From positions 1 to 64,000 of IMG/VR virus record IMGVR_UViG_3300032287_003622: a stretch of DNA of 64,000 nucleotides; one strand, given 5' to 3'. Position 1 is the stretch's first letter. Each line of letters begins with the position of its first letter. Positions 30,641-40,106 of this stretch are shown one piece after another. The notes beneath the pieces are model-generated. The model was not told the DNA's origin and did no database searches. It worked only from the letters and a program-made list of their open reading frames with translations. The position numbers were made by a program, and so were the translations under genes. The stretch comes from a virus.

Positions 30641-33127
30641 ATGCAACGTAAACTACTTTGGGTGGCACTTTTTGGCACAGTTGTAGTCATCACTGGTTGT
30701 GGAGGTGGCGGTGGAGGTGGTGCAGGAAATCCAGGAACTGCATACATGGCGCCCGGAGTACCTGTACCTGGTCCGGTGTCACCCAATCCTATACCTCCTA
30801 CCTATCGAGATGTACCATATGCTACACCTGTCAGAGTTGGTTCAGTCACCCCCATAAACAGCACTGCACGAGAATATGACTCCAGTGCCATGTATTCGGC
30901 CAATCTCAGTGGTACCGGTGAAGAATTAATCACAGCCGGTAGATCTGGTACTAGCAATCAAGGGTCCTATCCCACATATAATCTCAATGTGTTTGGTTGG
31001 AGCAACGGTACTTTAGTCAATCGAACCAGTCAATGGTTTTCCGGCACAGACAATGTGATCCTGGGCACAGAACCCAGTGTCAAATTTGCAGACTTCGACG
31101 GTGATGGTCGCAAAGACATGTATGTGGCGCCCAATACTGATGCCAACTCCACCGGAAGTGGATGGGTGTTTTTCAACAACGGCACACAGTTTACACGAAC
31201 CAACTTGAATCTCGGCATCCATGGACATGACAGCGCAGTTTATGACATCAACGGTGATGGTCGCAGTGATATATTCACCACTGGCAGTAGAGTTAGCTTT
31301 GGCCAGGCGGATCGAACTTTTACCACGCACACAGTTTCGGGCGCAAATTATGGCGGCACCGCAGCATCAGTGGCCATAGCGGACTTCATGGGCACTGGCG
31401 GTAGCAGCGTCATACTCACTGATCAAAATGCCTGGCAGACAGGAAATAATCGACTGTATAGTTGGAGCATGGTTGACGGTGGCAGACCCACACTGGATTT
31501 CCAGTTGAACATGATCAGCACCCTGCCTGATTCAAGATTCCTCCTGCCCAAGTGGAGCGGGTATGGATTTGTTGGCAGCCATGATTACAGAAGCCTGGCA
31601 TTTGACTTTGACAACTCGGGCCGGACCAGTGCTGTCATATTCAGTCGTCCGGTCAAGTCCAATGGTGCCGGAGGTCATACTTGGCCTGCGTACAGTGAAA
31701 TACAGTTTTTGAAAAATCGTGGCGGTGGAACCTTTACAGATGTAACAGATACCACCTTGGTTGGCTACAACACCGCCAGCTCACCCAGTTATAATCCCAC
31801 GCTTATAGACGTGAACAACGATGGTCTCATTGACATTGTGTTAGGCGGAACCAGTTGGACCAGTGCTACTGGGGCGCAGGTCTTGATACATACCTCAGAA
31901 CACAAATATGTGGCCAGTTATGGCACAGTGATTGACGCATTCTTGGGGCAGTCCTTGGCCTTGGAAAAAGCCATCAATGCCAGTGCGGAAACAGGAGCCA
32001 ATGGCATAGTATTTGTCAAGGGACCTGATGGCAACATGTACCTGGCCACTGCGGTCAGTTATGTCAGTGGCGGTGTGCAACAAAAAGCCATTTATCTCAG
32101 CAAACTGGGTGCTACTGTTGCTTCAGCACCGGCTACGGCCACGCTAATCAAACAGACCTGGCCTTGGATGAGCGACGGACAGATCAACACTGTGTTGGCA
32201 CAAAGTTCGACCACATGGTTTGGCATGAATGTGTTGGATCCAGAACGTGCATTCCAGCCCATTGGCAACTTAGGCTTGCCCTTGGCCACTGGCGGGCTGG
32301 CGCCCATACGTGGTTATATCACCGGCTTGGACATCGGTGACGGAGCAGCCGTGGTCACCGACAGCCTTGGACGTGCATTCGCTATCAATATCAAGCCCAT
32401 GAACATTAACACCATGAATGCGTTTGGATACAATACCGAACACAATGATCAATATGAACTGACCAGTCATGCCGAATACCTGGTCAACGGCGGTTTGACC
32501 ACCGTGGGCAATCTGCGCATTGGCAGTGATTTTGCCGGACGTGACAACACAGGCATGGGTCTAAACCGGCCCCGACAATACACCGTAGGCGTGCCAAGAT
32601 GGTATTCAAAAGGCAACTGGAGTTTAGGCACACAATACACCTATCTCAACAGCAATCCTTGGATGGCCTTTGGTGGAGCCTGGGGCGAGATAAATGGATC
32701 GGGCATCATGGACAATGTTGTGACCTATCGCAATCGCGGATTCAGCACACAGGCCAGTCTCATGCACGTGACCACCAACATACAACCGGGGTTAATTACC
32801 CGAGTCAACAACATGTGGGGAGCCTGGGCTGAAACCGGATACAGATTTGGTCACGCTCGACGAGAGGGCGATTTTGGTTTATACGCTGGTCTAAAACCGG
32901 TGGTGTTGTCAGGGTCAGTTGAAGCCAAAATGCCCACAGCCGTTGACACCACTGGCAATATAGTTTACACTAGCAAGACATTGGCCATACAGAATCAGAC
33001 CACCGGATACATTCGCGCACTATACACCAATCAGCTGGATCGTAGGACACAGTTGAGATTGAGTGCTGTCAGCACTAGTTCTGGTCAGTATCGAGCCATG
33101 ACCGAACTCAAATTTTGGATAGACTAA
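30641..33127 (+). CDS. Lipoprotein with FG-GAP/VCBS repeats and a probable C-terminal beta-barrel (autotransporter-like)
   Basis: Lipobox VITGC then a Gly run; DFDGDGRKD, DINGDGRSD, DVNNDGLID; amphipathic strands ending ELKFWID. Confidence 0.75.
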   Translation: MQRKLLWVALFGTVVVITGCGGGGGGGAGNPGTAYMAPGVPVPGPVSPNPIPPTYRDVPYATPVRVGSVTPINSTAREYDSSAMYSANLSGTGEELITAGRSGTSNQGSYPTYNLNVFGWSNGTLVNRTSQWFSGTDNVILGTEPSVKFADFDGDGRKDMYVAPNTDANSTGSGWVFFNNGTQFTRTNLNLGIHGHDSAVYDINGDGRSDIFTTGSRVSFGQADRTFTTHTVSGANYGGTAASVAIADFMGTGGSSVILTDQNAWQTGNNRLYSWSMVDGGRPTLDFQLNMISTLPDSRFLLPKWSGYGFVGSHDYRSLAFDFDNSGRTSAVIFSRPVKSNGAGGHTWPAYSEIQFLKNRGGGTFTDVTDTTLVGYNTASSPSYNPTLIDVNNDGLIDIVLGGTSWTSATGAQVLIHTSEHKYVASYGTVIDAFLGQSLALEKAINASAETGANGIVFVKGPDGNMYLATAVSYVSGGVQQKAIYLSKLGATVASAPATATLIKQTWPWMSDGQINTVLAQSSTTWFGMNVLDPERAFQPIGNLGLPLATGGLAPIRGYITGLDIGDGAAVVTDSLGRAFAINIKPMNINTMNAFGYNTEHNDQYELTSHAEYLVNGGLTTVGNLRIGSDFAGRDNTGMGLNRPRQYTVGVPRWYSKGNWSLGTQYTYLNSNPWMAFGGAWGEINGSGIMDNVVTYRNRGFSTQASLMHVTTNIQPGLITRVNNMWGAWAETGYRFGHARREGDFGLYAGLKPVVLSGSVEAKMPTAVDTTGNIVYTSKTLAIQNQTTGYIRALYTNQLDRRTQLRLSAVSTSSGQYRAMTELKFWID

Positions 33128-33128
33128 T

Positions 33129-33500
33129 ATGACACTAACTGAAGCACAACAAGCAGGGATAGCACCCTGGGACAACGAAATAGACAATAGAAGCCGGGTC
33201 GTAGTCTATTTGGACAAATATCCATGCACTCCTGGACATAGGCTATATGTGCCCAAGGACAACGACAATGCCAACTGGACAGTGCGTGCCTTTGAAGAAG
33301 CCCTGGTAGATGGTATACACATGGTCAATCAAGGAGAATGTGATGGGTTCAATATTGGTTTCAACTATGGCCAGGATGCTGGTCAAACTGTGATGTATCC
33401 GCATGTGCATCTCATACCACGTAGAAAGGGAGATGTGGAGGATCCTGTGGGAGGTGTTCGCAATACTATTCCAGGCAAAGGCAATTATCGAAAGTGCTAA
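33129..33500 (+). CDS. HIT-family nucleotide hydrolase
   Basis: PGH, AGQTVMYPHVHLIPR. Confidence 0.92.
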   Translation: MTLTEAQQAGIAPWDNEIDNRSRVVVYLDKYPCTPGHRLYVPKDNDNANWTVRAFEEALVDGIHMVNQGECDGFNIGFNYGQDAGQTVMYPHVHLIPRRKGDVEDPVGGVRNTIPGKGNYRKC

Positions 33501-33701
33501 CACAAAACGCAGATGCAATGAAAATAAATGGAAGAAGCCTGGCAACAATATCGTTCATTGAGTGAAATGATTGTCAGATTGTCAGATTGCCCGATCAACA
33601 ATTGAGCGCACTGAAGCAACACCATAGAAATTGGTTAGCCATAAAAAATCCACTGTAAATATCATCAACTAAATATTTTTTTCAAGAGAGACCAAAAAAA
33701 A

Positions 33702-33923
33702 ATGAACCAGGAAAGAACCATTGAACTCACATTAAAAAATGATCAAGTAGTGACTTTGCAATTCACGTCCATTGGACCCACTGGTCATCAGTTGTGGCAA
33801 ATGTTTGCTACCTCTGAATCATTGGACACAGTGCAACAGCTCATGAACATGCCTTTAGAATCAAACGACAATTCTAAAAAAACTGGGTTGATTACCAAAA
33901 TGATCACCCGCAAGAAAAAATAA
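33702..33923 (+). CDS. Hypothetical protein
   Basis: 73-aa ORF after a CTAAATA motif. Confidence 0.55.
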   Translation: MNQERTIELTLKNDQVVTLQFTSIGPTGHQLWQMFATSESLDTVQQLMNMPLESNDNSKKTGLITKMITRKKK

Positions 33924-33927
33924 ATCC

Positions 33928-34001
33928 AGCGGTCTTCTTCGGCGTCATCCCGCTTTACAAACTCTGCCGCCTATGCTATAATCTAACATAGGAGATTCAA
34001 C
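33928..34001 (+). promoter_or_regulatory. preQ1-I-like pseudoknot riboswitch candidate overlapping a sigma70 promoter, upstream of queD
   Basis: P1 AGCGG/CCGCU, tail UUACAAA, P2 CGGCG/UGCCG, SD-occluding hairpin CCUAUG/CAUAGG; TTTACA-17-TATAAT also present. Confidence 0.6.
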
Positions 34002-34526
34002 ATGGCAACTTACGTATCGACAAAAACATATGGCACGGACCGCGGCCTGAGCTGTTGCTTTCGGCAATGGCGCAGCACTCACAGTCATTGCAGTTTGCTA
34101 CACGGCTACTCAATCGGCATCAAATTAATCTTTGAAAGTGAGACCTTGGATGATCGCAATTGGGTCATGGACTTTGGTGGGCTCAAGGCCTTCAAAGAGT
34201 GGGCCGAATGGCAGTTTGATCACACCACTTGCGTGGCCGAAGATGATCCACATCTGGACCTGTTTTTGGAAATGGCCAGACTGGGCCCTTATGACAAAGG
34301 TGGCGTGATTGATCTACGCATCGTTGAAGCAGTGGGTTGTGAAAAGTTCGCCGAACTGGTTTACCGAACCATGGATCATATACTAAAGGCCTATCAGGCA
34401 GGTGGTGAATGGACACATCCAGATGGACGCACATTTTCGGCACGTTATCCAGTGGGTCAAGGTGTGCGCCTACGCAGTGCAGAAGTGTTTGAGCACGCAG
34501 GCAATTCGGCCATCTACGAAGGCTAG
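34002..34526 (+). CDS. queD: 6-carboxy-5,6,7,8-tetrahydropterin synthase
   Basis: HCSLLHGYS, WVMDFGGLK, FDHT, GCEKFA, VFE. Confidence 0.9.
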   Translation: MATYVSTKTYGTDRGLSCCFRQWRSTHSHCSLLHGYSIGIKLIFESETLDDRNWVMDFGGLKAFKEWAEWQFDHTTCVAEDDPHLDLFLEMARLGPYDKGGVIDLRIVEAVGCEKFAELVYRTMDHILKAYQAGGEWTHPDGRTFSARYPVGQGVRLRSAEVFEHAGNSAIYEG

Positions 34527-34568
34527 TATTTGTTGACTGGATAAACGGCATATATAAATATTCGTTCA

Positions 34569-35438
34569 ATGACAAATGAATATTCCATAGCGGTATTGTT
34601 GCCTACACGTAGTAGGACCACCGCGCTCACTGACAGTGTGACCAGTATAATTAATTTGGCCGCGGATGTGGCACATTTACAACTGCTTTTTGGTTTTGAT
34701 AACGACGACTCCGTGGGCCTAGACCATTTTGAAAAAGTCATACAGCCGTTCCTGGACGAACATGATGTAAGTTACGAAGCCCAAGCCTTTGACAGTTTGG
34801 GATATGCCGGACTAAATCTTTATTACAATCATCTCGGAAAAAGTGCGTCGACGGATTGGTTATTTGTTTGGAATGACGATGCGATCATGCAAACGCAGGA
34901 TTGGGATAAGGTTATAGAATCTTACACCGGACAGTTTAAACTACTGAAAGTTCACACCCACAACGAACACCCATACAGTATTTTTCCCATAGTTCCGCGA
35001 GCTTGGTATGATCTGTTTGGTCACTTTAGTCGGCACCAGATGATCGATGCTGAAATGAGTCAAATGGCCTTTATGTTAGACCTCATGCAAATTGTAGACA
35101 TTGACGTGGTTCACAATCAGGTAGAATTGACCAAAGATGCATCTGATCCTCTCAAACCTAAGATGAGATTTGAAGGCAATCCCAACAATCCTTATGACTT
35201 TCATAATCCTTCTGTTACTCAAAGAAGGATCCAGGACTGTGACATTATCGCAAATTACATGAAATCTAATAACCTGGATACCACATGGTGGGACAATGTC
35301 AAGGCTGGAACTCAATATCCCTGGACACGCATGGAGGCACTTGATATAAACAATCAGATGAGACAGTTCGAACTCAAAGCCGATTCGGCTGGCCGTGTGG
35401 TAGAAATCAATCCTAGCAAACGTCACGATGCCAAATAA
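34569..35438 (+). CDS. GT-A (GT2-like) glycosyltransferase
   Basis: IAVLLPTRSR, FDNDD, WNDD; TATAAATA at 34553. Confidence 0.78.
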   Translation: MTNEYSIAVLLPTRSRTTALTDSVTSIINLAADVAHLQLLFGFDNDDSVGLDHFEKVIQPFLDEHDVSYEAQAFDSLGYAGLNLYYNHLGKSASTDWLFVWNDDAIMQTQDWDKVIESYTGQFKLLKVHTHNEHPYSIFPIVPRAWYDLFGHFSRHQMIDAEMSQMAFMLDLMQIVDIDVVHNQVELTKDASDPLKPKMRFEGNPNNPYDFHNPSVTQRRIQDCDIIANYMKSNNLDTTWWDNVKAGTQYPWTRMEALDINNQMRQFELKADSAGRVVEINPSKRHDAK

Positions 35439-36666
35439 TCAAATAAACCACAGCCAACTGATTGATCATTGCAAGATCACCAAGCAACCAGTGACAAAAA
35501 TTCTTGACTTTGGTCAGCATGCTTATGCTGACACATTTATCAAATCTGATCAACTGAATCTCAGTGAACCTATTTTTCCATTACAGGTATATTTGAATCC
35601 CAAAAGTGGTAGTATTCAATTAGGTTATGTGAGTCAGGCAGAAGATCGTTATAATCTTTACAGTTATAGTTATACTTCAAGCAACAGCGCCACGGCACGA
35701 GCACACTGGGACGAATACAGCCGCACCGTTCAAACCCCTCCGTGGCAACGTCCTGCCATGGCCGTGGAAATTGGCAGCAACGATGGATACTTGATTGAAC
35801 AATTTGGCCGACTTGGTCGTAGAATCTTGGGCATTGACAGCTCCAAGTCCATGTGCGACCTGGCGCGATCTCGTGGCGTGCCAACTATTAATGCCTTGTT
35901 CGATAAGGAAGTGGCCCAGCGTGTGATCAACGAACATGGTCATGCAGACATAATCATGGCCAACAATGTATTCAACCACGCCAATGATCCAGTCACATTT
36001 GCTAGAGCTGTGGCCACCTTGCTGGCCGACGATGGTGTATTTGTGTTTGAAGTGCCTTATTGGCTCAGCATGATCGAAAGCGGTCGTTTCACTGACATGG
36101 TGTATCACGAACATCCTACTTACTTCACAGTCAAAATGGCATGGAACGTGCTAAAGGCAGCTGGATTAGAAATTGTTGACTTTGATGTGGTAGATTATCA
36201 TGGCGGAAGCCTGCGAGTATTTGCGAGGCGCGACACTGGAGGTGCAGTGCCTGTCAAAGTAGAAGATGCTGTTACACGTGAAACACAGATAGGTTTATTT
36301 GATCCACGTTTCTACGAAGTGGTGCAACGCAGATTTGAACAACAGCGAGACGCTTGGTTGCAAGAATTTTATCGGTTACGCCTGGCCGAGCCCGATGCTG
36401 TGTTTATAGGAGTGGGTGCTGCTGCCAAGGCCAATACTTGGCTGACCTGGCATGGACTCAACAAAACGCATCTCAAGTATATCACAGATGCCAGTGAGTT
36501 TAAACAAGGCAAATACACACCACTGAGTCGTATTCCCATAGCCAGCGACAACATATTTGCTCAGTATGATCGGCCCTATGCCTTGATACTGAGTTGGAAC
36601 ATTGGCGACGGCCTGCGCCGAGCCATTTTAGACATTAATCCCAACACAAGGTTCTTATCGCAATGA
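35428..36666 (+). CDS. NDP-hexose C-methyltransferase
   Basis: EIGSNDG, NNVFNH, YHEH, HGGSLRVF, GAAAKANT, KQGKYTP, ILSWN. Confidence 0.9.
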   Translation: MPNNQINHSQLIDHCKITKQPVTKILDFGQHAYADTFIKSDQLNLSEPIFPLQVYLNPKSGSIQLGYVSQAEDRYNLYSYSYTSSNSATARAHWDEYSRTVQTPPWQRPAMAVEIGSNDGYLIEQFGRLGRRILGIDSSKSMCDLARSRGVPTINALFDKEVAQRVINEHGHADIIMANNVFNHANDPVTFARAVATLLADDGVFVFEVPYWLSMIESGRFTDMVYHEHPTYFTVKMAWNVLKAAGLEIVDFDVVDYHGGSLRVFARRDTGGAVPVKVEDAVTRETQIGLFDPRFYEVVQRRFEQQRDAWLQEFYRLRLAEPDAVFIGVGAAAKANTWLTWHGLNKTHLKYITDASEFKQGKYTPLSRIPIASDNIFAQYDRPYALILSWNIGDGLRRAILDINPNTRFLSQ

Positions 36667-37067
36667 AATACTACAACATCAACAAAAACATCGAAAAAGG
36701 TCTAGGTCAGTTCACTGATGAGCGTGGCTCTATCACCGACATTTTTTATGGCAAAGTCATGAATCATGGATGTATCATCACCAATGCGCCTGGTGCTGTG
36801 CGTGGCAATCACTATCACAAGCTGACCACACAATACACCTTGGTATTGAATGGCACGCTGAACTATTATAGCAAACCTGTGGACAGCACTGAACCAGCAC
36901 ACTTGTTTGTGGCCGGACATGGCGACATGATCATCAGCGAACCCATGGAAATACATGCCATGAAAACTGGCGAACATGGTTGCACATTCCTGGCATTTGC
37001 CGAAGGTCCTCGTGGCGGCGAAGATTATGAGTCTGATACCTATCGAGTAGACAGCATAGTCAAGTAA
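36663..37067 (+). CDS. Cupin-fold sugar epimerase/isomerase (WxcM/RmlC-like)
   Basis: DERG, VRGNHYHK, HAM. Confidence 0.8.
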   Translation: MKYYNINKNIEKGLGQFTDERGSITDIFYGKVMNHGCIITNAPGAVRGNHYHKLTTQYTLVLNGTLNYYSKPVDSTEPAHLFVAGHGDMIISEPMEIHAMKTGEHGCTFLAFAEGPRGGEDYESDTYRVDSIVK

Positions 37068-37678
37068 TGAGAAAACCACGTGCCGTAATTTTTGGAGCCA
37101 AAGGCGGAATAGGTGCTGCTGCTAGGCAGATGTTTTTGGATCAGGGTTGGCAGACGATTCCCATTGACAGCGGCCAACTTGACTTTGATCGACCCGACAG
37201 CTATCAAAAACTACAAGAGCTTTTGGACAATGCCGAAGCAGATGTCATTGTCAATTCCGTCGGAGTGTTCCAAAATGGCTACAGCAATGATCATCAAACT
37301 ACGATGAACGTAAATTTTGGTAGCAATTGGCATATCATTAGATATTTGGAAACACATAGAGCTATGTCTGTGACAGTGATAATGTTAGGAAGCAGCAGCT
37401 ACACCAGGGGTAGAAAACTGTATCCACTCTACAGTGCCAGCAAAGCAGCCCTGTTTAACCTGTGGCAGAGCGCCCGAGATCAATTCGTAGATACCAATAT
37501 ACGCATTCACTTATTGAATCCGGTGCGCACACTGACCCCTATGGCTACCGCTGGTAAACCAGCTGATCCAGATTTGGACTATCTTGAACCTCGACAGGTC
37601 GCTGTAGAGATTTTTAGGCTATCGGATCCAAGTTGCGTAAGTAGTTGCGTAGATATGACTTTTGAGGACACTAAATGA
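37067..37678 (+). CDS. Short-chain dehydrogenase/reductase
   Basis: GAKGGIG, VNSVG, YSASK. Confidence 0.88.
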   Translation: MRKPRAVIFGAKGGIGAAARQMFLDQGWQTIPIDSGQLDFDRPDSYQKLQELLDNAEADVIVNSVGVFQNGYSNDHQTTMNVNFGSNWHIIRYLETHRAMSVTVIMLGSSSYTRGRKLYPLYSASKAALFNLWQSARDQFVDTNIRIHLLNPVRTLTPMATAGKPADPDLDYLEPRQVAVEIFRLSDPSCVSSCVDMTFEDTK

Positions 37679-38451
37679 AAATAGGAATAATTGGAAAAGG
37701 CACTGTTGGATCTGCTGTGTTTGAAGGTTTGGAATATCTTGGTCATACCATGAGTTTCTTTGATCCCAAGCATGAAGGATCTAAAATGGATCATGTGTTG
37801 GACACCGACGTGGTGTTTATCAGTGTGCCCACAGACCAAGCACCCAATGGTGACTGTGACACCAGCATTGTAGACAATGTAGTGGCCGAATTGGCAGTCA
37901 ACAATTATAAAGGACTGGTATCGATCAAAAGTACCGTGATTCCAGGAACCACTGATAGACTACAAAAACAGTATCCGACTCTACGTATGAGCATGGTGCC
38001 AGAATTCCTGCGTGCCAAGAGTGCCTTGGCCGACTTTGTTTACAATCATGACCTACTGGTGGTAGGTTGCTACAACAAGAAAGATGCCGACATCATAGTA
38101 GAACTACACGGCAGTTTCCCACAACATGTGAGTCGTGTGACTCCAGTCGAAGCTGAAGTAATAAAATATTTCAACAATGTGCATCATGCCATGAGCGTGA
38201 CCTTTGCCAACATTGCCTATGATGTGTGTGGCAAGCTGGGTGCTAACTATATGAATGTTTACAAGGCCATTGTCAAACGTGAATGTTTCAATCCTGCCTA
38301 TTTGATGGCCAACAAAAACATGCGTGGTTACGGCGGACACTGCCTGCCCAAGGACACCGCGGCCTGGAATAATTTGATTAAAAAATTGGATCTACCATAC
38401 AACATGATCCAAAGTGTAATAGACGACAACGAAAAGGTTCTCAAACAATGA
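37675..38451 (+). CDS. UDP-glucose/GDP-mannose dehydrogenase-like protein (lacks the C-terminal domain)
   Basis: GKGTVG, SVPT, KSTVIPGT, PEFLR, GYGGHCLPKD. Confidence 0.88.
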   Translation: MKIGIIGKGTVGSAVFEGLEYLGHTMSFFDPKHEGSKMDHVLDTDVVFISVPTDQAPNGDCDTSIVDNVVAELAVNNYKGLVSIKSTVIPGTTDRLQKQYPTLRMSMVPEFLRAKSALADFVYNHDLLVVGCYNKKDADIIVELHGSFPQHVSRVTPVEAEVIKYFNNVHHAMSVTFANIAYDVCGKLGANYMNVYKAIVKRECFNPAYLMANKNMRGYGGHCLPKDTAAWNNLIKKLDLPYNMIQSVIDDNEKVLKQ

Positions 38452-39350
38452 AGATACTAGTGACCGGTGCCAGCGGCTTGTTGGGCACAGAAATTTGCCG
38501 ACAACTCAAGCAAGAGGAAGGCATAGAAGTATGGGCCGTGGACAATCACAGCCGTAGTTCCACAGTGCCCGACTGTGACAAGTTCTTGGAATTAGATTTG
38601 ACCAACGGTGCTAATTTTGCACAGTTGCCCACGGACTTTGATTATATCTATCATTATGCAGCCATCAACGGCACCAAGAATTTTTATGACCGTCCCAATC
38701 AAGTCATGTGGACCAATATGTGTGCTGATTTTAACATGTTTGAATTTGCTATGTTATGCGGAAAAAATTTACAAAAGTTTGTGTATGCATCTAGCAGTGA
38801 AGTGGTTTCAGATGACCCACAGACACCGGTCAAAGAAAACACAGACATTGTTATAAAAAATATACACAATGCTCGTTGGAGTTACCGATTGCCAAAAATT
38901 TGTAGTGAAAATTTCTTGGTCAACAGCAAGATACCTTATGTGATGTTTCGTTACTTCAACGTATATGGTGACAACTCAAAGGCCGGGCACTTTCTGGCCG
39001 ATCAAATCGCCAAGATTAAATCTGGAGTATTTGACGTTGTTGGACCCGAGGAAACACGCAGTTTTTGCCATGTGGAAGATGCTGTGCGAGCCAGCATACA
39101 TGTTAGTCGTGCGGTGAAAAATGAATTGGTGAACATCGGCAACGATAGAGAAATCACTGTCATGGAGGCTGCACAAACCATTGCCCGTGCCATGGGACAT
39201 ACCGATGCGGTCTGGATCACCACGCCCGGCAAGGCCGGAAGCACTGCTACACGCAGGCCCGATATCTCCAAACTAAAAAGTGTTTTAAAAGACTATCGTC
39301 CCAGGACTTTTGAGCAAGGTGTCCAAGAAATCATTGACAAAATGAAGTGA
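38448..39350 (+). CDS. NAD-dependent sugar epimerase/dehydratase
   Basis: TGASGLLG, ASSSEV, YRLPK, RYFNVYG. Confidence 0.9.
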   Translation: MKILVTGASGLLGTEICRQLKQEEGIEVWAVDNHSRSSTVPDCDKFLELDLTNGANFAQLPTDFDYIYHYAAINGTKNFYDRPNQVMWTNMCADFNMFEFAMLCGKNLQKFVYASSSEVVSDDPQTPVKENTDIVIKNIHNARWSYRLPKICSENFLVNSKIPYVMFRYFNVYGDNSKAGHFLADQIAKIKSGVFDVVGPEETRSFCHVEDAVRASIHVSRAVKNELVNIGNDREITVMEAAQTIARAMGHTDAVWITTPGKAGSTATRRPDISKLKSVLKDYRPRTFEQGVQEIIDKMK

Positions 39351-39362
39351 TTGCCGTATAAT
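39334..39362 (+). promoter_or_regulatory. Sigma70 consensus promoter with a very short leader
   Basis: TTGACA-17-TATAAT, 5 nt before ATG 39368. Confidence 0.75.
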
Positions 39363-39367
39363 AAAGT

Positions 39368-39904
39368 ATGAAAAAAATCTATCATACTTGGCAAGACGTA
39401 GAAAGCCAGACACAAGAAATTCTACGACAGATGCATTTAGATGCCTGGCGCCCGGACTATGTGGTTGGACTCACCCGCGGTGGCCTGGTTCCGGCCAATT
39501 TGATCAGCCAATATCTTGGTTGTAGGATGGAAACACTCAAAGTCAGCCTGCGTGACGGTAGCCAACAAGAAACCAACTGTTGGATGGCCGAGGATGCGTT
39601 TGGTTATGGCGGTGACGACGGTTATCCAACCGACTCCCTGAAAAAAAATATCCTGATCGTGGATGACATCAACGATTCGGGTGCTACGTTAAACTGGATC
39701 AGGCAAGATTGGATGGGCAGTTGTTTCAGCACCAGTCCAGTGTGGGATCACATCTGGGGTCACAATGTGCGTGTGGCAGTGCTGGTTGATAACGAATCAA
39801 GCAAGAATGAAATTCCTGTCAGTTACAGTGCAGTTGATCTAAATAAAGCTGAAGAAGATTGTTGGATTGTTTTTCCTTGGGAATCATGGTGGCAATCTAA
39901 ATAA
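39368..39904 (+). CDS. Type I purine phosphoribosyltransferase (Gpt-like)
   Basis: VGLTRGGLVP, LIVDDINDSGAT PRPP loop, WIVFPWE. Confidence 0.9.
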   Translation: MKKIYHTWQDVESQTQEILRQMHLDAWRPDYVVGLTRGGLVPANLISQYLGCRMETLKVSLRDGSQQETNCWMAEDAFGYGGDDGYPTDSLKKNILIVDDINDSGATLNWIRQDWMGSCFSTSPVWDHIWGHNVRVAVLVDNESSKNEIPVSYSAVDLNKAEEDCWIVFPWESWWQSK

Positions 39905-39908
39905 ACAT

Positions 39909-40106
39909 ATGAAAATAAAATATCGTAAACCCACATTAGTTGAACAGATGAACGAGGCCATAGACACGGCTAAACAACCCATAGATTATTTTGAACTCTC
40001 GCAAGCCGAATTTCAATCAGTGTTTAATAACTTAGATAAAACCAATTCAAAAAATACAGTTGCATATTCATACAAGGGTATTACCATAAAGGTCTCCAAT
40101 GAGTAA
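39909..40106 (+). CDS. Hypothetical protein
   Basis: 65-aa ORF overlapping the queE start. Confidence 0.55.
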   Translation: MKIKYRKPTLVEQMNEAIDTAKQPIDYFELSQAEFQSVFNNLDKTNSKNTVAYSYKGITIKVSNE

